A DNA stretch of 64,000 nt from assembly GCA_046075565.1 (NCBI GenBank), contig JBJTQJ010000025.1, positions 73,326 to 137,325 on the forward strand. Reading direction: 5' to 3'. The DNA is from Verrucomicrobiales bacterium (GTDB lineage: Bacteria > Verrucomicrobiota > Verrucomicrobiia > Verrucomicrobiales > SLCJ01). Below the pieces are notes generated by a model that was not told the DNA's origin, did not search any database, and worked only from the letters and a program-made list of their open reading frames with translations. A program made the position numbers and the translations under genes. Positions 1 through 7,534 of the stretch are shown in pieces; positions within the stretch are counted from its first letter, which is position 1; every line of letters starts with the position of its first letter.

Positions 1-123
1 CGTCACGAGCTCCTCGAGTTCGACGAGCAAAGCGCGTGCGGCTTCCTCGTCGCGACGGCTTTCGTGCACGCCGATCAGGAAGGCGCGTTCGACCTGTTCG
101 GGCCGTTCGCGGATCTCAAACAT
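1..123 (-). CDS. hflX: GTPase HflX, N-terminal part (runs off window start)
   Basis: Manual translation from ATG 123: MFEIRERPEQVERAFLIGVHESRRDEEAARALLVELEELVT, matching the HflX N-terminal ERA(F)LVG...L.EL..L pattern. Not in the ORF track; alternative ATG at 135. Confidence 0.75.
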   Translation of the reverse strand, partial: MFEIRERPEQVERAFLIGVHESRRDEEAARALLVELEELVT

Positions 124-144
124 CTGGAGGCTCATGGGAGTGGG

Positions 145-885
145 TCAGGGAAGTTTCCACGGTCCGCGCAGACGGGCATATTCCGCGCGGGGTAGCAACA
201 GATACATCGGCTTGGCCTGCGGGTCCAACCAGGCGATCATTTCGCGCAAACGCCACTCCGGCATGGTGGTGCAGCCGGTTGTCGCTTTGGCTCCGTTCGA
301 TCTCCAGACATGGAAAAAGATCGCACTGCCCCCGTTGAGCACGACATTCGGCGGGGCGTTGTGGTTGACGAAAAGTTTGAGGTTGTGCGCGGGGTCGTTG
401 AGTTTCATCTGCTGCTTCTTTTCCCATGCGGTGCGGGGCTCGGCATGGGGCAGCTTGAGATGGCGGTTGTAGTGAGGAGAGGTCGGATCCTCGACCCAGA
501 GGTCGCGGGGACCGATTTGTTCATAGACCATGCCGCGCTTGCGCGCGACCTGATCCGGACGGTACAGGCCATAGGCGTGGCCGAGCGTGAAGACCCCGGC
601 GGGCGCGCGGCTGTCCCCTTCGACCTTGAGTTTCGCGTCCTTCGGCGCGGCGTGGAGTCCGCGGCCCCAGACGAGGCCGGAGCGCCCGAGGCGTCCATTC
701 CAAGGGGTGCCAATCGCCTGCCAGCCTTTGCCTTTCCTTTCATATCGCTGGAGTGCAACATAGCTATCGTCCCAATTGCGGGCGATGCCCACGATGAGCT
801 GTCGGGTCTCGGCGGGAACAGGAGACTCCGCACGAGCCATCAGGGATGGGAAAACGACAAGCAGCAGGAGCAGACGGAGGGGCAT
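145..885 (-). CDS. Exported L,D-transpeptidase-like (YkuD family) protein
   Basis: Signal peptide from ATG 885 (MPLRLLLLLVVFPSLMARA); K.EGD.RAPAG.F motif; GSAIFFH...TTGC His/Cys catalytic motif. Confidence 0.8.
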   Translation of the reverse strand: MPLRLLLLLVVFPSLMARAESPVPAETRQLIVGIARNWDDSYVALQRYERKGKGWQAIGTPWNGRLGRSGLVWGRGLHAAPKDAKLKVEGDSRAPAGVFTLGHAYGLYRPDQVARKRGMVYEQIGPRDLWVEDPTSPHYNRHLKLPHAEPRTAWEKKQQMKLNDPAHNLKLFVNHNAPPNVVLNGGSAIFFHVWRSNGAKATTGCTTMPEWRLREMIAWLDPQAKPMYLLLPRAEYARLRGPWKLP

Positions 886-940
886 GCTGGAATGAAACGC
901 ATTTTGAGGAATCGTGCAAGACATCCCGGAAATTCCTTGA

Positions 941-969
941 TTGCCAGACGGGTGGATTTTTCTTAGATT
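941..969 (+). promoter_or_regulatory. Sigma70-like promoter for a near-leaderless transcript
   Basis: TTGCCA(941-946)-N17-TAGATT(964-969), 8 nt before ATG 978, no Shine-Dalgarno. Confidence 0.5.
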
Positions 970-977
970 AGGCCTTC

Positions 978-1964
978 ATGAGGTCCCGCCTCCTCGCCAT
1001 CGTGGTTTTCTCGATTGCCGTGCTCCCGGCGCGGGCGGTGATGTTTTTTTCGACTGGCGATCCGACGCACAACCTGAATACAGCTCCGACAGGCCCGCTG
1101 GCCGGCTCGGGTTGGCAATACCAGGGCTATTTCGGAAGTTTTCTCGGCACGGCCATCTCCCCGAAACATTTCATCACCGCCGCCCATGTCGGCACTTCCC
1201 CAACCTTCGTGTCGAAAAGCTTTTTCAATGGAGGCTCTGATGTGACGTATACCGTCGATACCACATTCAATGGCGGCATTGGATACAAGACACTTTCCGG
1301 CACGGATCTGAGGGTTTTCCAGATCACCGGAACCTTTCCGGCTTATGCGCCGCTCTATACAAAAACCGACGAGGTCGGTAAAGGACTGGTGGTAGTGGGA
1401 AGGGGCACACAACGCGGGGCCGAGGTGATCGTGAGCAGCGAATTGAAGGGCTGGAGGTGGGGAGCGGCCGACGGGCAGGCCCGCTGGGGCACGAATACGG
1501 TTTCAGCGGCCGTATCCAGCGGTGCCGGGGATTTGCTCCTCGCCGAATTCAATTCCGATGCCGGCGGGGACGAGGCCCATTTATCGGGAGGTGATTCCGG
1601 TGGCGCGGTTTTTATCAACGATGGTGGAATTTGGAAATTGGCGGGCATTAATTTTGCTGTCGAGGGGAGCTTCGACACGAACAATGTGGTCGATACGAAT
1701 GAATTCGAGGCCGCGCTTTTTGATATGGGCGGGCTCTACATCGGGAGGGACACACCGTCCCCGGATTGGACGTTCATTCCGGATCTGGCCACCGACATTC
1801 CAAGCCAATTTGCGGCCAGCCGCATCAGCAGTTCCGTTGGCGCGATCCTCGCTATCCCGGAAGTCGGAGCGCTGATCCCCGAGCCGGAGAACGGTGCCCT
1901 CCTGCTAGTGGCTTCCTCGCTGCTGTTTCGGAGACGGCGTGGGCGCCCCTTATCGCCCATGTAG
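978..1964 (+). CDS. Trypsin-like serine protease with PEP-CTERM sorting signal
   Basis: Signal peptide; TAAH (His) and GDSGG (Ser) motifs; C-terminal IPEP-hydrophobic-RRRR. Confidence 0.85.
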   Translation: MRSRLLAIVVFSIAVLPARAVMFFSTGDPTHNLNTAPTGPLAGSGWQYQGYFGSFLGTAISPKHFITAAHVGTSPTFVSKSFFNGGSDVTYTVDTTFNGGIGYKTLSGTDLRVFQITGTFPAYAPLYTKTDEVGKGLVVVGRGTQRGAEVIVSSELKGWRWGAADGQARWGTNTVSAAVSSGAGDLLLAEFNSDAGGDEAHLSGGDSGGAVFINDGGIWKLAGINFAVEGSFDTNNVVDTNEFEAALFDMGGLYIGRDTPSPDWTFIPDLATDIPSQFAASRISSSVGAILAIPEVGALIPEPENGALLLVASSLLFRRRRGRPLSPM

Positions 1965-1994
1965 GACGACGACAAGGAGTCGCCGACGTTCACC

Positions 1995-2405
1995 TCAGGC
2001 TTTCAATGCGGCGAGCCATTTGTGGATGACTGGATTCAGATCGGGAGCTTCGTTGGCATCGCGGGTGAAATACTTCGTCTCGATGGATGCAATCTCGGCT
2101 TCGAGTTCGGCGGCGCGTGTAGCATCGAGTTTTGGCGCCAACGCCTGTTTTATCCGGCGCAGGAAAGCGACGGTGGCGAAAGGGGTGGCTTCCGATGGCG
2201 GGAAAATTTCACCCACGCTTTCGACAACGGGTTTTGGTTTCCGTTTCATCCAGATGACGATCCCCACGAGAAGAACCAGGAGAGGAACAAGCACAAACCA
2301 GAGCTTATTGCCTGCGCCAGTTCCCGGGAGGACCACCCCCTTGGCGGCATCGGCGGGCGTGAGTTCGATGAGGTCGGCACAAAAGCCCCAAAGCCAGACA
2401 CGCAC
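1995..2405 (-). pseudogene. Probable C-terminal remnant of a larger membrane-anchored protein
   Basis: Protein-like from ADLIEL (~2378): TM helix, basic stop-transfer, helical tail. No credible start, RBS or signal upstream; the first 9 codons look non-coding. Confidence 0.45.
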
Positions 2406-2516
2406 CGATCAGAGGTTGTTACCATGGCCCAGCCCTCTCGATGCGCTCAGCGGTCAGGCCCCTCGAATGTGGCAAAAAGCCGTTGCCGGTAGCGGCTCAA
2501 GGTGGTTTCCTGTGCC

Positions 2517-3146
2517 ATGAAGACTGCCGGTTTGTTTCTGCCCCTGCTGGTCCTGTTCGCTGCTTGCGGACGCGAGACCAAAGAACCCGCCAGTCCGCCG
2601 CCAGCGGCGCAGTTGCAAATCCCCGCTGGGGCGGAAGCGGAAACCACCAAAGCCCGGGAAGCAGTCGCCTCCTACGCGGGCGAGTTGAAGGCAAAACTCA
2701 TGGCCGCCCTGGGGGAAGGTGGCGCGGTCGGGGCCATCGAAGTCTGCTCCAAGATTGCACCCGAATTGGCCACTGCCCACGGGGAAAAATCCGGCCTCAC
2801 CATCCGGCGGGTGACCACACGCAGTCGCAATCCCGACGCCGAGCCCGACGAGTGGGATCTGTAAACCATCGATGCCTTCGCCAACCGCCTGCGCATGGGA
2901 GCCTCCCCTCTCAATCTTGAACGCGCCGAAACCGCCACCATGGAGGGTCAGCCGGTGCTCCGTTATGCCAAGGCCATCCCCGTCGATGCCCTCTGCCTCA
3001 CCTGCCACGGGAAAGAAATCGCCCCGCCCATCGCCCAAAAACTCCGCGATCTTTACCCGGACGACAAGGCCACCGACTATCAGGTCGGCGACCTGCGGGG
3101 CATCTTCTCCGTCGTCGTGCCCATGGCGCAGGGCTCGGCCAACTGA
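2517..3146 (+). pseudogene. Tll0287/DUF3365-like c-type heme lipoprotein interrupted by in-frame TAA at 2862-2864
   Basis: ORFs 2502-2864 and 2895-3146 share a frame; lipobox-like FAAC, RNP..PDEW, CLTCH heme motif, Y..GDLRG.FS. Confidence 0.8.
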
Positions 3147-3248
3147 GGTGGAATTTCCCGGCGGCGGCACCCAGATTCCACCAAGATTGCCCTTTTCCCC
3201 GGGTCCGGCATCGGTCCTGCTTATCCAAACACTCCATCCCTTTCCCCA

Positions 3249-5993
3249 ATGCCCGAAAATCAAACGGAAAAGCCACTGCTCAACGACGGATTCCAGCTCC
3301 TGGAATCGGAACTTTCTTTCGCCCTGGAAGTTTTCGCCGGGGTTCTGGAACGGCTCGGGCAGGCCGGGTTGGCGGGCAAATTGCCATGGACCGGCAAGGC
3401 TTTGCCGGTGGTTGAAGGCCCGGATCGCTCGCTCGGGCAGGCGTATTCCATCGCCTTCCAGCTCCTGAACATCGTCGAGGAACGCGTGGCCGCTCAAGTC
3501 CGCCGCTGGCGGGAAAAACAGCAAGGACCCCAGGCTGAGAAAGGGCTCTGGCCGGACAAACTGGCCCAGATGCAACGATTGGGTTTGGATGAAGCCGCCC
3601 TGCTCGAGGTGCTCTCCGAGATCCGCGTCGAGCCGGTGCTAACCGCCCATCCAACGGAGGCGAAACGCGGCACGGTGCGCGAACGCCACCGCGAAATCTA
3701 CGATCTCATCCAAGCCCGCGAAAATCCCGCCTATACCGAACGCGAGCGGGAACGCGGACGTCGCTTTCTTGAAAACCAAATCGAGGCGCTCTGGCGCACG
3801 GGCGAAATCCATGTGACTCGCCCGACCATCGCGCAGGAACTCGACAATGCCCTCTTCTATCTGCGGGAGGTTTTCCCCGAAGCGGTTTCGCGTGCGCACA
3901 CCCATCTGCGCGAAGCCTGGCAGGCGGCCGGTTTTGATGTGAGCAAATTGGATGCGCTTCCCCCGATGGTTCGATTCGGCACGTGGATCGGAGGCGATCG
4001 CGATGGCCATCCGGGTGTGACCGCCGATGTGACACGCGACGCGCTCGCGAGTTTGCGTTACAACTCGCTGCGATTGTTTGCCCGCCAGCTCGAGCGCCTT
4101 GCCCACCATTTGCCGCTGAGCCGGTATTTCCAAACCGTCCCGCCCGCGCTCGAGAACCTGCTCGGAAAATTGCACGAGGAACTGCGCGCTGCCGGCAACA
4201 GCGAGGCCGACACACTCGTTGAACAACACCGCGAAGAACCATGGCGCGCGGTCGCCCATCTCATGCGCCAGAAGATCCTGCTTTCCCGCGACCAGCCTTC
4301 AGCGCCGTCGATCTATAGAGCTCCCGAAGATCTCCTAACCGATCTGGAGATCCTGGCAAAATCCCTCGAAACGGCGGGCGCGACCACCGCAGTTGCGGAA
4401 TTCATCGCGCCCTTGCGGCGTCAGCTCGCGACCTTTGGATTCCACTCGGCCATCCTCGATGTGCGTCAGAACTCCGCCTTCCACCAGAAGGCGCTCGGGC
4501 AGTTGCTCGCCAAGGCCGGTGTCCTCGGCGCGGAATCATTCGAAGCCTGGACGGAGGAGGACAAACGCGCCTTCCTCGAAAAGGAACTGCGCTCGCCGCG
4601 GCCATTTCTCGCTCCCGGCATGGCGGCGGGACCGGAAGCCGATGCGGTGCTGAATTGTTATCGGGTGCTGGCGAAGCACCGGGCACGTCATGGTGGCGCG
4701 GGACTGGGCGCGCTCATTGTCTCCATGACGCGCGGCGTATCCGATCTCCTCACGGTTTATGTGCTCGCTCGCGAAGCGGGGTTGATGGAGTTGGCGCACG
4801 GCGGCTTGCGGTGCCCGCTGCCCGTGGTGCCGCTCTTTGAAACCATGGACGATCTCGAGGCCGCGCCCGCCATCGTCGATCATTTCCTTGCCCATCCGGT
4901 CACTCGCCGCGGCTTGGGCGAGGATGCGGACTTCCAAATGATGCTGGGCTATTCCGACTCTAACAAAGACTGTGGTATTCTCTCCAGCCAGTGGGCATTG
5001 CACAAGGCGCAAAGAACTCTCGCGGAAACCTGCGCCCGCCATTGCATGCGGCCGGTCTTTTTCCACGGGCGCGGAGGCACCGTCGGGCGGGGCGCTGGAC
5101 CGACCCATTGGTTCATGGAAGCGTTGCCCCATGGCGCGCTCGGCGGAGCGTTCCGCATGACCGAACAAGGGGAAACCATCGCGCAGAAATACGCACACCT
5201 CGGTGCCGCGACCTACCATACCGAATTGCTCGTGGCATCGGTGAGCGCCGCCACCGCCAAGCACCGGAAAGGCAAGGCACCCGGCGAAGCCGACCCGGCT
5301 CTTTTGGAGAAACTTGCGGGTTGGAGCCGAGCTGCTTATCGCGAATTCCTCCACGCGCCCGACTTCATGGCATTCTATCGCACGGCCACACCGATTGACG
5401 CGCTGGAAAATGCCCGCATCGGTTCACGGCCCGCCCGCCGCACCGGACGCGCCACCTTGGAAGATCTTCGCGCCATCCCGTGGGTATTCTCGTGGACGCA
5501 GTCGCGCTTCTATCTCCCGGGATGGTTCGGCGCCGGCTCCGCTTTCCAAAAATTGCGCGAGGAAGATCCGGACGCTTTTACCCGGTTGGGTGAACAAACA
5601 CGCGGCGATGCCTTCCTGCGTTATGTCCTGACCAATATCGATGGATCTCTCGCCAGCACGAACGAGAAAATCATGACCGCCTACGCGGCCCTTGTGCCCG
5701 ATGCGGAAATCCGGGAAAATTTCCTCGGCACGATCCTGCGGGAACTCACCGCCACTCGTCAGGCCTTACATGATCTTTTCCGGGGCAGCTTCCAGGATCG
5801 CCGTCCGCGGATGGCCCGCACCCTCGCCATCCGTGAGGAACCGCTGCGCGTGCTCCACATGCAACAAATCTCGTTGCTGCGCGAGTGGCGTGCCCGCCTT
5901 GCCGCCGGCGATGCCAGTGGTGCCGACAGCATGGTGCCGGATTTGCTCATCTCCGTGAATGCTATCTCTTCCGGCCTGCGCACCACGGGGTGA
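3249..5993 (+). CDS. ppc: Phosphoenolpyruvate carboxylase
   Basis: VLTAHPTE, GGDRDG, MLGYSDSNKD, FHGRGGTVGRG, LRAIPWVF and terminal GLRTTG motifs. Confidence 0.98.
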   Translation: MPENQTEKPLLNDGFQLLESELSFALEVFAGVLERLGQAGLAGKLPWTGKALPVVEGPDRSLGQAYSIAFQLLNIVEERVAAQVRRWREKQQGPQAEKGLWPDKLAQMQRLGLDEAALLEVLSEIRVEPVLTAHPTEAKRGTVRERHREIYDLIQARENPAYTERERERGRRFLENQIEALWRTGEIHVTRPTIAQELDNALFYLREVFPEAVSRAHTHLREAWQAAGFDVSKLDALPPMVRFGTWIGGDRDGHPGVTADVTRDALASLRYNSLRLFARQLERLAHHLPLSRYFQTVPPALENLLGKLHEELRAAGNSEADTLVEQHREEPWRAVAHLMRQKILLSRDQPSAPSIYRAPEDLLTDLEILAKSLETAGATTAVAEFIAPLRRQLATFGFHSAILDVRQNSAFHQKALGQLLAKAGVLGAESFEAWTEEDKRAFLEKELRSPRPFLAPGMAAGPEADAVLNCYRVLAKHRARHGGAGLGALIVSMTRGVSDLLTVYVLAREAGLMELAHGGLRCPLPVVPLFETMDDLEAAPAIVDHFLAHPVTRRGLGEDADFQMMLGYSDSNKDCGILSSQWALHKAQRTLAETCARHCMRPVFFHGRGGTVGRGAGPTHWFMEALPHGALGGAFRMTEQGETIAQKYAHLGAATYHTELLVASVSAATAKHRKGKAPGEADPALLEKLAGWSRAAYREFLHAPDFMAFYRTATPIDALENARIGSRPARRTGRATLEDLRAIPWVFSWTQSRFYLPGWFGAGSAFQKLREEDPDAFTRLGEQTRGDAFLRYVLTNIDGSLASTNEKIMTAYAALVPDAEIRENFLGTILRELTATRQALHDLFRGSFQDRRPRMARTLAIREEPLRVLHMQQISLLREWRARLAAGDASGADSMVPDLLISVNAISSGLRTTG

Positions 5994-6172
5994 GCGCGTT
6001 ACTTTTCATAAGCGTGGCCTTGGATTGCCACGAACAGGCGTTCGAATCAAGCAGAATCGGAAAATTCACGTCTTTCCCGTGGCGAAACCCAGCCTCAAGC
6101 AATCGCGTGATGTGCGTGACTCCGACTTCGCTGCCGCCTCACAGGAAGCCGACTACTGGTGGGTCGGGTTTT

Positions 6173-6601
6173 TTAATCGAGCGGATTGATCCAGCGCAGG
6201 CTTGGGAAGCGCAGGAAATCGGAATCGGTGCTGTGGAGTTCACCCTGGTGTTCGACGGCCAGCGCAGCGAGTTGAGCGTCTGTTGTCAAATTTCCCGCTG
6301 TGCCAAGCAGGATCAGATACTCAAGAAATAGTGATTCGAATTTGGCGCCGGGGTGGATGATGCGAACGGGTTCTTGGGCCAGCCAGGAGCGCACATGTGC
6401 GACCGCTTCCCCCACGTCTAGCGGATGGGAAAGCACTCTGGGATGGGTCATCAGCCGGAGGAACCCGCTCATGCACACCCAGGGCAATCCCACGGGGACT
6501 CTGCCGTTCAGCAATCCTTCCCACCACGCTTTGGCCTTTTCGTGCTGCGGGGCCCGTTTGTTGTGGGCATAAATGAGAAGGTTGATATCCGGAATGATCA
6601 T
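6173..6601 (-). CDS. vapC: VapC family PIN-domain toxin
   Basis: IPDIN, DAQLAALA.E, STDSDF.RF..L.WINPL; start overlaps the antitoxin stop (ATGA). Confidence 0.92.
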   Translation of the reverse strand: MIIPDINLLIYAHNKRAPQHEKAKAWWEGLLNGRVPVGLPWVCMSGFLRLMTHPRVLSHPLDVGEAVAHVRSWLAQEPVRIIHPGAKFESLFLEYLILLGTAGNLTTDAQLAALAVEHQGELHSTDSDFLRFPSLRWINPLD

Positions 6602-6861
6602 GGCCGCGGGCCCTGTTTGGCTAGAAACTCTCCGGCCTCGATTTCATCCACCAGTTGATTCAGTTTTCCAGAATCGATGCCGGGGAGGAATGCGGACGAA
6701 TGGGGTTTCACCCGGTAAGGTTTCGGGCGTTTCGCTGCTGCCAAGCCCAGCCCTCTGCGCAGAGCCTCGTTGACAATCACCTTCAAAGGGCGCTTGCCTA
6801 ACGCCGCTTCCTGCTTGAGCCGGTCGGCTACCTCAGGATCTATCGTTAACGTTGTGCGCAT
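6598..6861 (-). CDS. vapB: VapB family antitoxin
   Basis: MRTTLTID...VNEALRRGL, 87 aa, directly upstream of the PIN toxin; start reassigned to ATG 6861. Confidence 0.88.
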   Translation of the reverse strand: MRTTLTIDPEVADRLKQEAALGKRPLKVIVNEALRRGLGLAAAKRPKPYRVKPHSSAFLPGIDSGKLNQLVDEIEAGEFLAKQGPRP

Positions 6862-6866
6862 GAGGC

Positions 6867-6905
6867 ATCTTCGCATCAATCTTTTTGATGTCAAGACATC
6901 AAAAA
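6867..6905 (-). promoter_or_regulatory. vapBC promoter with palindromic operator
   Basis: Perfect TTTTTGATGTC-AA-GACATCAAAAA (6882-6905) overlaps minus-strand TTGACA (6889-6894); GAAGAT -10-like element at 6867-6872. Confidence 0.7.
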
Positions 6906-6998
6906 TCGGAGGGAACCTCGCGGGGAAGCGGCGCATTTCACCATCGGCCGCAGTTGCAATCCCCGGGTATTTCGGCAAGACTGGGTCCACGACGGTTC

Positions 6999-7511
6999 AT
7001 GATTCCGCAGCATTATCCCATTGAAGACGGAAAACTTTATGGCGGGGAGTATCCCGCCGATAGGGATCCGAAAGTCGCAAGAGAACGCCTGTGGCCACTG
7101 GTCACTCTGGGCATCCGCACCTTCATTGACCTCACAAGCCCCGCTGACCGCATGGCTCCCTATGAAGCGATTCTCGGGGAATTGGAGAAAGAAGCCGGAT
7201 GTCATCTCCGCCGGATATCCGTGCCGATTGTGGACATGGGGATCCCCGAGAACAGCACGACGACGAAAACGATTCTTCAACATGTGAACGATTGTAAAAT
7301 CCACGCTCCGGCTGTCTATGTGCATTGTTGGGGCGGGATCGGTCGCACTGGCACGGTCGTCGGCTGTTGGCTCAGGGAATGTGGTTATGATCCGGAAGCC
7401 GCCTTGGCCCGTGTCCAGCACCTGTATGCCACGAACATGCCGAAAGTCCGCTTTCACCCGGAATCACCGCAGACGCCCGCGCAGAAGGATTACATCCGGA
7501 AGTGGTCGTAG
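6999..7511 (+). CDS. Protein-tyrosine/dual-specificity phosphatase family protein
   Basis: VHCWGGIGRTG CX5R P-loop, IVDMG acid loop, SPQT..Q C-terminal motif; start at ATG 6999. Confidence 0.9.
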   Translation: MIPQHYPIEDGKLYGGEYPADRDPKVARERLWPLVTLGIRTFIDLTSPADRMAPYEAILGELEKEAGCHLRRISVPIVDMGIPENSTTTKTILQHVNDCKIHAPAVYVHCWGGIGRTGTVVGCWLRECGYDPEAALARVQHLYATNMPKVRFHPESPQTPAQKDYIRKWS

Positions 7512-7534
7512 CAGTCGCGGATTCGCGATCACCG

